Below are positions 17,458 through 26,657 of a stretch of DNA of 64,000 nt, piece after piece. The translations under genes and the position numbers were made by a program. Below the pieces are notes generated by a model. It saw only the letters and a program-made list of their open reading frames with translations. It ran no database searches and had not been told where the DNA came from. Each line of letters begins with the position of its first letter. Position 1 is the first letter of the stretch. The DNA comes from a virus, in the IMG/VR virus record IMGVR_UViG_3300017527_000643, positions 1 to 64,000 of that record; one strand, written 5' to 3'.

Positions 17458-20133
17458 TTGACTGCTAAACTTGTATTTTCCGAAACGGACGGCCAGCAGA
17501 TCTACTATGTAGGTAAGCACGGTAACGATAGTGATGATGGGCTTACTATAAACCGTGCGTTCCTGACCTTTGGGGCTGCTATTGCCGCAGCCGTTGCTGC
17601 AGTTCCGGGTGCAGCTAATCGCTTTGTTATCTACTGTGAAGATGATGGAATTTACAGCGAGGCTATTACCGTCCCGCAGTATGTGGATGTACATGCCGCT
17701 AACGCTAAGATTACAAGTGCAGCGGGTGCAGGACTCGGGACAGGCACAGTTCTGATTGCAGCCGATTGCACTGTTACATTCCGTGAGATCGAGCAGACGA
17801 GCGCTGCGGCGCTATCTTCTGCCGTTGTCCGCACCAACACGGTGGGCACCGGCAAGGTCGTGGCTGAAACGGTCAGGGTGAGCAACCAGACCATCGGGAT
17901 CTTCAACATCGGGTTCACGAACGGGGCTGTGCTCATGGCCGAAGTCAAGCAGGTTTTCGTGGACACCGGCTGGGGTGTTGGTGATGCAAGCTCTGACCAG
18001 GGGCATACGCACATTGACATCGAGGACATTTACATTGGCGGTACTAGCGGTACGGGCATCTCCCGCTTTTCCACAGGTTCGACCGTGGGGCGTGTTTCAC
18101 ACATCCTGGAGACAGGTTCTCCGCTAACCACTACCGGGCTGTTCTGCTCAAACGGCTCGCTGGACTTGGTTATCGGAACTATCACGATGGATACCGCGTG
18201 GAACATTGCAGCGGGCGGTACGCTTCACTTGCTTATAGACACTGTTACCGGCACCCGCACTGAAGTGGGTACCGCTCTTGTTACTGAAGCAGGCTACATT
18301 CGAGAAACCAGTGGCCCAACTAATTTGACGCCAGCCGCTATCACTGACACTGAACTACTACGCCGCAGTGGCACTACAATTGACAGCATCGCGGGATCAT
18401 CCTTGACCGGGATGGATCACGGTCTTTTGAACGCAGCTAGTCTATTGGATGACGACCATGCGAACTATTTATATTTGCCGGGACGTGTTGGCGGTCAGGT
18501 CGCTATTGGTGGAACTATAGCCGCTAATGTGCTTACTCTTCAGGACAACGTAGCCAATGCTAATCAGATTACATTCGGCACAGGGATAAACGCTGGACTG
18601 CTTGACGCGCAGACGGGCGGCAACGACATCGAAGCACGGCACATGGCACTCGGCGTTTCCAGAACAGCGACCGACTCGCACAGCCTCATTATCACGCAGG
18701 ACTATGCCGGGACAGTTGGAACGGTAGTTGGCGTCGGGATTTTCAATCGGGTTACGCCGGGAGTTCCCGTTACTACAAGTCAAGCGGTAGCGGTTCAGGG
18801 CAATCAGTGGTTCGACGGATCAAACTGGCAACAGGGTGGTGCTCCGATTGCAAATAGCCAAGTAAGGTGCTTGGATTTTTATCCTGCTCCCGCGATCTTT
18901 GGCGCGTCGTGGGGCGCTCCTACTTTGGACATCGGCGGCATCGGTACAGCGGGACTTCTCAATGTCGCTAATCGTGCGGTTGTTGCGGAGAACATCACAG
19001 GCATCGGTGTCGCTCCCATCGCTGGCATCTTCGGCAACGACAACACTACAGCTCAGATTGTCTTAGGAATCAAGATCGCACAACCAATCACTACTACTGG
19101 ATTGTGGGGAAGGCTCTGCGGCCTTCAGATAGAGCCACAGACTGAAGGCTTGATCAATCAGGGTTTGTGGATGATGGGTGACGGCATCGGGTCTGACCTG
19201 TGCTTAGGTGCGGGTGACGGTACCGGCGAGATCCAGTGTACGTTTCCACCTGACAACTTCGCGTTCGCAGTAGGAGTCGTGACGCTTACCGATTTCGGAG
19301 GTGCTTTCACGGCTGCGATGGTCGGACGCACAATCCACATCAAAGGTGCTACCACAGCCGGGAATAATGGGACGTTCGTGATTGCCAGCTTCATCGGTGC
19401 GACTCAGGTTACTTGGGCGAACGCAGCCGGGGCCGCAGAGGCGTTCACTGGTACCTACAGTGTCACCGGTAAGGGCGATGCCTGCATCTACTACGATGGC
19501 TCAGACCTGATCGTTGACCCAGATGCACTCACGGCAGGAGACAGGGTTTATATCGGTGCAACTGGCGACGACGATATGTTGCTGAACGACATTGAGATCG
19601 GCGGTAACGCACAGTTCGGAGCAGATGTTGTACTTACTAGAGGTGCAGCGAACCGGCTTGATTTTGCTGCTGGGGATAGCTTACGTCTTTCATCCACGGG
19701 TACATTACAGTTTATAGATACTGCTGCCCAACTAGCAGCAACAGCTACGGGAAACTTGACTGCAACTGTTTATAGGCTGATTCTTAATGGATTCCACAGC
19801 TATACTTCTGCTAGTCCAGCACAAATTACAGCAGACCAAAATGATTATGCACTCCCATCTGCTGGGAGTCAGCGGTTCAAGCTGAGACTTTCAACAGATG
19901 CTGCCCGTACTATTACAGGAATTGCTATTCAAGTAGATGGAGATGCTATTTATATTATTAATGTAGGTGCTAATAATTTGGTATTGGCACATCAGAATGT
20001 AGCTTCTGCTGCGGCGAATCGTATGATTTCTCCGACCGGAGCAGATTTGACATTAGGTGCCGACGAGTACGCCTATCTTTGGTATGACGATGTAACGCTT
20101 AGATGGCGTATTTTGGAAACTAACGGAGCGTAG
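17458..20133 (+). CDS. Large virion fibre/adhesin protein
   Basis: TTG start after AGGAGG; YVGKHGNDSDDG...AFLT..AA entry motif of beta-helix proteins; G/A/T-rich modular sequence. Confidence 0.65.
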   Translation: MTAKLVFSETDGQQIYYVGKHGNDSDDGLTINRAFLTFGAAIAAAVAAVPGAANRFVIYCEDDGIYSEAITVPQYVDVHAANAKITSAAGAGLGTGTVLIAADCTVTFREIEQTSAAALSSAVVRTNTVGTGKVVAETVRVSNQTIGIFNIGFTNGAVLMAEVKQVFVDTGWGVGDASSDQGHTHIDIEDIYIGGTSGTGISRFSTGSTVGRVSHILETGSPLTTTGLFCSNGSLDLVIGTITMDTAWNIAAGGTLHLLIDTVTGTRTEVGTALVTEAGYIRETSGPTNLTPAAITDTELLRRSGTTIDSIAGSSLTGMDHGLLNAASLLDDDHANYLYLPGRVGGQVAIGGTIAANVLTLQDNVANANQITFGTGINAGLLDAQTGGNDIEARHMALGVSRTATDSHSLIITQDYAGTVGTVVGVGIFNRVTPGVPVTTSQAVAVQGNQWFDGSNWQQGGAPIANSQVRCLDFYPAPAIFGASWGAPTLDIGGIGTAGLLNVANRAVVAENITGIGVAPIAGIFGNDNTTAQIVLGIKIAQPITTTGLWGRLCGLQIEPQTEGLINQGLWMMGDGIGSDLCLGAGDGTGEIQCTFPPDNFAFAVGVVTLTDFGGAFTAAMVGRTIHIKGATTAGNNGTFVIASFIGATQVTWANAAGAAEAFTGTYSVTGKGDACIYYDGSDLIVDPDALTAGDRVYIGATGDDDMLLNDIEIGGNAQFGADVVLTRGAANRLDFAAGDSLRLSSTGTLQFIDTAAQLAATATGNLTATVYRLILNGFHSYTSASPAQITADQNDYALPSAGSQRFKLRLSTDAARTITGIAIQVDGDAIYIINVGANNLVLAHQNVASAAANRMISPTGADLTLGADEYAYLWYDDVTLRWRILETNGA

Positions 20134-20134
20134 T

Positions 20135-20665
20135 ATGTCGTTAATGCGTGGAGCACAGGGCGGCCAGGTGCGCTGGGATGACCTTCGGTTCCCATTCACA
20201 CGGGATAAGCAAGGTCAATCATCTTTGCCTGATTACGACTTCACGAATATGGGGTTGCTGTTCCCAGAGAACGGCGCATCTGAGATCGTTTACCTACATG
20301 CGCAGTTCCCACACCGGATGCTCCTGGGAAGTGATATCTACCCGCACATTCATTATGTACAAGATGTAGCAGACGAGCCTGTATTCAAGATGGATTATCG
20401 CTGGACCAAGAACGGTGACGATCCTACTGGAAGCTTTACTACTATATCTGCTTCTACGTTTGCGTTCGCTTATACATCTGGTAGCATTCTACAGATAGTA
20501 GCTTTTCCAGCTATTGATGGAAGCGGTATTGATACCGTAAGTTCGATGATGGACATTAAAATATATAGGGATGACACTTCAGTGTCTGGAGACGTGCTAA
20601 CTAAAGAATTCGACATCCACTATCAAATTGATGATAGGGGCAGTCGGGAAGAGTATACAAAGTAG
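20135..20665 (+). CDS. Virion-associated beta-sandwich protein
   Basis: WDDLRFP...QFPH...PHIH...FDIHYQID..GS pattern typical of fibre-adjacent phage proteins. Confidence 0.5.
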   Translation: MSLMRGAQGGQVRWDDLRFPFTRDKQGQSSLPDYDFTNMGLLFPENGASEIVYLHAQFPHRMLLGSDIYPHIHYVQDVADEPVFKMDYRWTKNGDDPTGSFTTISASTFAFAYTSGSILQIVAFPAIDGSGIDTVSSMMDIKIYRDDTSVSGDVLTKEFDIHYQIDDRGSREEYTK

Positions 20666-20674
20666 GAGAACGAT

Positions 20675-20929
20675 ATGGCACTTTCAGATATGCATTGGAA
20701 CAAGATCCTGGAGGCAATTTCACTGAAGACGCAGATGACCAATCCCAATGAAGTGTTTCTGGCTTTCAAGGAGAATTGGGAATTGTTTAGTGATGAAGCT
20801 GCGTTGGATAAGTTCCTCCAGCCAACGAAGTTGGAGAGGTTGGAGAAATTGAAGGCAAGTCGGGAGCATCAGCAATGCTGCCTGGACGGCCTGTGCGCAG
20901 AAATCGAAGAACTCGAAAAGGAAAGGTGA
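20675..20929 (+). CDS. Small coiled-coil protein (fibre chaperone-like)
   Basis: 84 aa, SD AGGAG. Confidence 0.5.
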   Translation: MALSDMHWNKILEAISLKTQMTNPNEVFLAFKENWELFSDEAALDKFLQPTKLERLEKLKASREHQQCCLDGLCAEIEELEKER

Positions 20930-20934
20930 TCGAA

Positions 20935-21138
20935 ATGGAAAACGAAACGCAAAAACAAGAAGGCGTAATGGGTACTGCAGGGGTTCCTACAGAGCACGCA
21001 GTAATGCTTGTTCCATTCAATGTGATGCAAGCAATCTCAACCTATCTTACGACGAAGCCGTACAACGAGGTAGCACAGTTCATCCAAGTATTGTCGCAAA
21101 TTCAGGCGCAAGATGTGAGAAAAATAAAAGGAAAGTAA
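20935..21138 (+). CDS. Small fibre-associated protein
   Basis: ATG 20935 after AGGTGA; I..YL..KPY.EVA..I..L motif. Confidence 0.5.
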   Translation: MENETQKQEGVMGTAGVPTEHAVMLVPFNVMQAISTYLTTKPYNEVAQFIQVLSQIQAQDVRKIKGK

Positions 21139-23883
21139 ATGGCGTTTGTACAACCATGGTTTGAAGTAAGCTTCGGCAGGAGATTTACAGGACTCCTGAC
21201 TGTAGGATACCGTCTATATAAAAACGACGGCAATGATTCAGTAGCGCGTACTACTTTAAACGTGGTTGAAGTTGGTGGGGGCGGTTACGGTGTACCAAAC
21301 GTGAATGTACCCAATGATGCGGCTGGCATCGAATGGGATACAGGCGGTGCAATAGTTCGGTACGCGCATGAGGATATTGACCCATTCCGTAGTCGGGAAG
21401 AAATGCCCGATGATATTGATACTGAACTTACCTTGAACCATGGTGCTGGTAGCTGGCAAACTGCTACAATCGCGGCGTCTGCCGTAGCTTATGAAGTTTG
21501 GAGTGAGGCGCTTCCAGGAGCATACGGCGCAGGTGAAGCAGGTAACATAGTAGGAAACAATTTGGACACCAATGTGGGCAGTCGTGCTGCTCCTGGTGAT
21601 CAGATGGATCTGATAAACGACGCTGTAGACTCGAATAGTTTAGCTGACTCTGCCGTTCAAGAAATTGACGCTGAGCTAACCTTAAATCATGGGGCTGGTA
21701 GTTGGCAATCTGCAACAGTGACTCCATCAGCAGTTGCGTATTCAGTTTGGAGTGAACTACTTCCGGGTGCCTATAACATTGGTGAAGCTGGCAACATCGT
21801 TGGAACCAATTTAGACGATACTATATCTTCTAGATTAGGACTTACTAGATTCAATTCTATGACTGTGGCAGCAGAATCTACTGCACAAGTAGGATCTACA
21901 GCTACTAACATTCAGACTTTGTTTGTTCAACTTGATGATTTCTTTAACAATATGCAGGTTATTGTAATCAACGCGGCAGGAACAGCAGTCAGAAATATCA
22001 ATGATTACAACCAGTTGAATGGTGAAATCATAGTAGATGCACTACCATTTGTACCTGCATTCAATGACCCTGTGATCGTTCTTTCTCGCACAGGATCAGT
22101 GCCCTTAGACGTTGCTGCTATTGATGCTGAGCTAACATTGAATCACGGTGCTGGTAGTTGGCAGTCCGCAACAGTAATGCCGTCTGCTGTCGCTTACGCA
22201 GTCTGGAGTGAAGGACTCCCTGGCTCATACAATATTGGTGAAGCTGGAAATATTGTAGGAAACAATTTGGACACCACCGTTGGTAGTCGTGCCGCACCCG
22301 GCGACCAGATGGATTTAATCAACGATGCTGTTGACGCAAACAGCTTAGCCAATTCTGCAGTTCAAGAAATAGATACAGAATTGACGCTGAATCATGGTGC
22401 GGGCAGTTGGCAATCTGCTACGGTTTCCGCATCGGGTATTGCTTATGCTGTTTGGAATGAACCGCTTCCGGGCGCTTATGCGATTGGTGCCGCTGGAAAC
22501 ATAGTAGGCACTAATTTAGACACCAACGTGGGAAGCCGTTCTGTCCCTGGCGATCAGATGGATCTAGTCAATGATGCTGTTGACGCAAACAGTTTAGCTA
22601 ACTCTGCTGTTCAAGAAATAGATACAGAGCTTACTTTGCAACACGGGGCTGGCTCATGGCAGTCCGCTACTGTTTCTGCGTCAGGAATTGCTTATGCAGT
22701 ATGGAGTGAACCACTTCCAGGAGCCTACAACATCGGTGAAGCAGGCAATATAGTAGGCTCTAATCTAGATACCAACGTTGGTTCCCGCGCAATACCTGGC
22801 GATGAAATGGCATTGGTTGATGATGCAATCACCAATGATAAATATGACGAAGCTACTGCATACCCACTTGAATCTGTAGATAGTGGTGCAACCCAAGTAG
22901 CTAGAACTGGCGCTGATGGGGACACACTAAAAACATTATCGGATCAAATCGATGGAACTGCGGTTCCTGGCGACGAGATGAATCTTGTAGACAACGCTAT
23001 TACATCAGCTAAATACGATGAGATAACAGCATTCCCAGTAAAATTTGATGACAGCGGTAACACCCTTATTGCACGCACTGGTGCGGACGGTGATACGTTA
23101 GAAACTCTGTCTGATCAGATCGACGGTACAGCGGTTCCAGGCGATGAAATGAACTTGGTAGACGATGCAATTACGTCTGATAAATACGATGAGACAACGG
23201 CATTCCCATTAGAATCTGTTGATAGCGGTTCAACAGAAGTAGCGCGTACTGGTGCTGATGGCGATACACTAGAAACCATTAGTGACCAGATAGACGGGAT
23301 TCCTGCGGCGGTTTCCACAGATGTTTGGAGTGAAGCACTTCCTGGCGCGTTTGCTGCTGGTGAAGCAGGAAAGATTGTTGGGGATAATGTTGACGCAACT
23401 ATAAGCTCCAGAGCCGTTCCAGGCGATGCTATGGACTTGGTAACGGATGCTGTGGATGCAGATGCCCTAGCAACGTCAGCTATGGCTGAATTGAACACGT
23501 ACTTAGAAGTCACTGCAGGCCACGGCGCAGGCCCATGGACCAGCGCATCAGCAGTTGACTGGACTACTGCTGAGAAGGAGCAGATCAGGGATGCACTTGG
23601 TGTAGACGGTACCAAGAACACTGCGGTAGGTGGCCAGGTACAGGACATCGAAGACAAGATCGATATCATCGATACCAATGTAGACACGGTAGTAGCAGAC
23701 GTTGCTACGATTAAGATCGATGTGGCTTTCTTGAAGCAGCTAGAATCGGGTAATTGGGAGATCCTAAATAACCAGATGATCTTCTATGATACCGATGGCG
23801 TAACACCGTTGCGCACCTACAACCTATTCAACCGGCTTGGCGTTCCAGCAGACGTAGATACATACAAGCGTGAAAAAGTGTAA
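21139..23883 (+). CDS. Acidic repeat-rich fibre/whisker protein
   Basis: Five 83-aa-type repeats (two truncated) plus one degenerate copy, and three 57-aa repeats. Confidence 0.7.
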   Translation: MAFVQPWFEVSFGRRFTGLLTVGYRLYKNDGNDSVARTTLNVVEVGGGGYGVPNVNVPNDAAGIEWDTGGAIVRYAHEDIDPFRSREEMPDDIDTELTLNHGAGSWQTATIAASAVAYEVWSEALPGAYGAGEAGNIVGNNLDTNVGSRAAPGDQMDLINDAVDSNSLADSAVQEIDAELTLNHGAGSWQSATVTPSAVAYSVWSELLPGAYNIGEAGNIVGTNLDDTISSRLGLTRFNSMTVAAESTAQVGSTATNIQTLFVQLDDFFNNMQVIVINAAGTAVRNINDYNQLNGEIIVDALPFVPAFNDPVIVLSRTGSVPLDVAAIDAELTLNHGAGSWQSATVMPSAVAYAVWSEGLPGSYNIGEAGNIVGNNLDTTVGSRAAPGDQMDLINDAVDANSLANSAVQEIDTELTLNHGAGSWQSATVSASGIAYAVWNEPLPGAYAIGAAGNIVGTNLDTNVGSRSVPGDQMDLVNDAVDANSLANSAVQEIDTELTLQHGAGSWQSATVSASGIAYAVWSEPLPGAYNIGEAGNIVGSNLDTNVGSRAIPGDEMALVDDAITNDKYDEATAYPLESVDSGATQVARTGADGDTLKTLSDQIDGTAVPGDEMNLVDNAITSAKYDEITAFPVKFDDSGNTLIARTGADGDTLETLSDQIDGTAVPGDEMNLVDDAITSDKYDETTAFPLESVDSGSTEVARTGADGDTLETISDQIDGIPAAVSTDVWSEALPGAFAAGEAGKIVGDNVDATISSRAVPGDAMDLVTDAVDADALATSAMAELNTYLEVTAGHGAGPWTSASAVDWTTAEKEQIRDALGVDGTKNTAVGGQVQDIEDKIDIIDTNVDTVVADVATIKIDVAFLKQLESGNWEILNNQMIFYDTDGVTPLRTYNLFNRLGVPADVDTYKREKV
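21415..23540 (+). repeat. Intragenic tandem repeats (249-bp and 171-bp units)
   Basis: IDxELTLxHGAGSWQ...AVQE units and AxPGDEMxLVD...SDQIDG units; synonymous divergence between copies. Confidence 0.9.
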
Positions 23884-24065
23884 TGACTAGAAAAATAACA
23901 AGAGGTATGGGTGAGGGTGGTCAGATTGGTAGAGGTGGTAATCAAATTACCAGAGGATTTGGAACACAATTTGGAAATGTTTGGAGAGAAGTTCTTAGGA
24001 TGTGTTCCAGGGTAGCTAAAACTTTGAATCTTGAATCGGTGATCAAATGGAGACGGACCAGCTAG
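23883..24065 (+). CDS. Small protein with ITRG repeats
   Basis: 60 aa, coupled by TAATG overlap. Confidence 0.5.
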   Translation: MTRKITRGMGEGGQIGRGGNQITRGFGTQFGNVWREVLRMCSRVAKTLNLESVIKWRRTS

Positions 24066-24172
24066 AACTTGATTCGTACATCAGTCCGCAGCTTGAGTTT
24101 GATGGGCGAAATGAAGATTACCCAATGTCTACTATATGTAGAACACTAGAATTGGAGTCTGAAGAAAAACTG
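24047..24172 (+). CDS. Small 41-aa ORF not in the ORF track
   Basis: METDQLELDSYISPQLEFDGRNEDYPMSTICRTLELESEEN; GGTGA SD; fills the gap. Confidence 0.4.
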
Positions 24173-24219
24173 AAGTTGGAAGAAGATTCAGCAATCGAGT
24201 TAGAATATAGGGACTGGCC

Positions 24220-24693
24220 GTGATTTTGATACTGGACATAGATGATACACTCGCAGATACGAAGGAGCGTAGTGGTTTTGTAGATAAGCCTGACCCTTCA
24301 CAGGAGGATTGGGACAAGTTTTTTGATCCTGAATTGATGGATCAGGACGAGCCGATCAAAGAGGCGCAATTAGCTTTAGAAAACATTTTGCCATTTGCAG
24401 AGGATGTTTACTTTATAACTGGTCGGCCTGAAAAAACTAGAGATGTAACTGAAAGCTGGTTACATATTCATTACGGCTTCAATGACTTTGATAAACTTTT
24501 TATGCGAGGCGACACTGATCGAAGAAAAGCGGCTGAATTCAAAAAGAGTGTACTAGAAGACGAGATTCTTCCAAAAACTGAAGGTAAAACTTTAGTTATG
24601 ATAGACGATGGAGAAAGTATTCTGGAGATGTTTGACGAGTACGGAATCCCCATAAAAGCTCCTGAAGGTTGGGACGCATTTATAACAGGGTAA
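24220..24693 (+). CDS. HAD-family phosphatase, PNKP 3'-phosphatase-like
   Basis: DIDDT (motif I), ITGRP (II), MR..DRR...FK (III), IDD (IV). Confidence 0.85.
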   Translation: MILILDIDDTLADTKERSGFVDKPDPSQEDWDKFFDPELMDQDEPIKEAQLALENILPFAEDVYFITGRPEKTRDVTESWLHIHYGFNDFDKLFMRGDTDRRKAAEFKKSVLEDEILPKTEGKTLVMIDDGESILEMFDEYGIPIKAPEGWDAFITG

Positions 24694-24698
24694 GGATC

Positions 24699-25010
24699 AT
24701 GCCTATAAATCAATCTAAATATTATGTTGGAGATATAGGAACAGAAATCTTGGTTGACACGGGGAGCGATATCTCTACAGCCACTGTTATGAAACTCCTT
24801 GTGAAGAAGCCCTGTGGTGCTGAAGTCGAATGGACTGGCACCCTTGGGCCACCCAATGCTGTAGGTGTCTACACTAAAATATTGTATGTAGTAAAGGCAG
24901 GAGATTGGGATAGTCAGGGCTGGTGGAATGTGCAGTCCTACATTGAAATGCCGGGATGGAGAGGCAAAGGCGATACAGTAAAGTTTAAACTGTACCCTGA
25001 TTACCAATAG
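24699..25010 (+). CDS. Ig-like (BppU-N-like) virion protein
   Basis: YVGDIGT...KKP.G..V.W...Y....GD.D..G.W..Q pattern. Confidence 0.55.
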   Translation: MPINQSKYYVGDIGTEILVDTGSDISTATVMKLLVKKPCGAEVEWTGTLGPPNAVGVYTKILYVVKAGDWDSQGWWNVQSYIEMPGWRGKGDTVKFKLYPDYQ

Positions 25011-25018
25011 GAAGTTGA

Positions 25019-25936
25019 ATGAGTCCATTCTGGAAACCACCGTATAAGACGCGCAGAGCTAACAGGATTCTTACCTTTGCCGTCAAGCAAAACAACACGC
25101 TTCTTGAAGTGGGTGGTGAGGCTTGTTTTCTTTTACAAAGGAAAGCAAGATTAACTGCACCGTTCCAAAAGGAGTCTAGAAGGGTAAGCACAATAACAGA
25201 GACTGCTTCGTCGCACTCATATAGTATTGATCCAGACACTGGAATGCTCCGGTACTGTTTGTGGTCAGAGACAACTGATTTGTCAAGTACGTATCCAGAT
25301 ATTGGGACACTTACTGCGACTGTTCAGTCTTCTGGAGGAACCGCTGTTTGGGAAGCTGCCGTGGATAAGTACTCGTTTATTCCTGATAGGGATGAGTACA
25401 CGTTCGATATTTTCCAAGATGAAATAGATAGCGATGGGAATACCATTAACGATGCAGTTTATGTAGTGTTTAATACACCGCCGTTTACAGCAGACAACAG
25501 TGTTTACTTTAATTTTGGAAATATTAATCCATTGGTTAATTTTCCTGCAATGCAACCAGTCAGAGATAATGAAGAAGGATTTCAACGAAGCTTGTTTGGA
25601 TTTGAGCAGTGGTTAAACCCATTTCCAAAGATACGAAAGAAATTTGCACCTAATTCATTTCTCCTTGCGTTTCCAGGAGTTAAATCAGATTTTGAAATTA
25701 CGGAGAGCGGCCTTTTGCAAGAAACGCGTGCCGATTTTTGGACTGTTCCTCCTCCCTATAGTCCTGCAATTGTGGAGCACGATATAATTATTCGACCATC
25801 AACTACAGAGCGCTATCAAGTGGTAAACTATACCCCAATTTACATAGAACACATATTGGTTTCTCAACATTTCGACATGGTAGAACTAGATCCACGAAGT
25901 AGTATTTACGATGTTGAATACGATCCAGGGTGCTGA
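25019..25936 (+). CDS. Neck/head-closure protein
   Basis: GGE...LLQRK N-terminus and WT.P.P....HDIII....ERY.V C-terminus; synteny. Confidence 0.55.
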   Translation: MSPFWKPPYKTRRANRILTFAVKQNNTLLEVGGEACFLLQRKARLTAPFQKESRRVSTITETASSHSYSIDPDTGMLRYCLWSETTDLSSTYPDIGTLTATVQSSGGTAVWEAAVDKYSFIPDRDEYTFDIFQDEIDSDGNTINDAVYVVFNTPPFTADNSVYFNFGNINPLVNFPAMQPVRDNEEGFQRSLFGFEQWLNPFPKIRKKFAPNSFLLAFPGVKSDFEITESGLLQETRADFWTVPPPYSPAIVEHDIIIRPSTTERYQVVNYTPIYIEHILVSQHFDMVELDPRSSIYDVEYDPGC

Positions 25937-25938
25937 TT

Positions 25939-26580
25939 ATGAGTCTAACTATGTGGTACAGAGGCATTCGGTTTATGAAGGACTTTATGTGTCAATACCT
26001 GAATTATATCTTTATTGCTAATGAAAAAGAAAGTTTGATCTTTACAGATGGGACAAAATCCATACAATTTTCCAGGACACCTGAAGCTGTAAAGCGGGCT
26101 TCTTGGGAATACCGCGTACTGCCTGCTGTGCTCGTTGGGAAAGTCACTGGTGGCCTACAGTACGTTTCATTTACTAAGGATTTACTGGACACAGCCAAGG
26201 CTGATGATACAGACCAAACGTATAGAGATGGTGGGGATTTTGACATAAACCTATCATTGGACGTTAGGGCTACTACAATAGAAGAACGGGATAATTTGAC
26301 AGATATTACAGGCATTTATTTGTCTCATCCAGATGCTAAAGATTACTTCTTAAGGCAGGGACTTCGCTTACCTGAAGCTCCTAAACTAGGGGCTGAATCA
26401 GAGGTTAAAGAGCCTACTATTGATTACCCTATTTATGCCAGGGAAATGAGTATAAGGATTCTTAGCCGTTGGCAAGAAGAAAGAGCCATGGAAGAACGGC
26501 TACTTAGCATTCTTTTAGATTTGGAGCTTTATGTCGAATATGATCCAAATACTGGAAGATCGACGGTCATTACTGAGTAA
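25939..26580 (+). CDS. Tail completion/terminator protein
   Basis: LPAVLV, LDVRA....ERD.L.D; directly precedes sheath. Confidence 0.55.
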   Translation: MSLTMWYRGIRFMKDFMCQYLNYIFIANEKESLIFTDGTKSIQFSRTPEAVKRASWEYRVLPAVLVGKVTGGLQYVSFTKDLLDTAKADDTDQTYRDGGDFDINLSLDVRATTIEERDNLTDITGIYLSHPDAKDYFLRQGLRLPEAPKLGAESEVKEPTIDYPIYAREMSIRILSRWQEERAMEERLLSILLDLELYVEYDPNTGRSTVITE

Positions 26581-26657
26581 ACAGGAGTTAAATTTAAAGA
26601 TAGCCTTTATGGTAACGTATGTTTTAGCTTATGCAGGATTAACTACGGAGAAACACA

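Noticed and set aside
21415-23540. CRISPR-like or non-coding repeat array
   Set aside because: Repeats are in-frame protein repeats with synonymous divergence and no unique spacers
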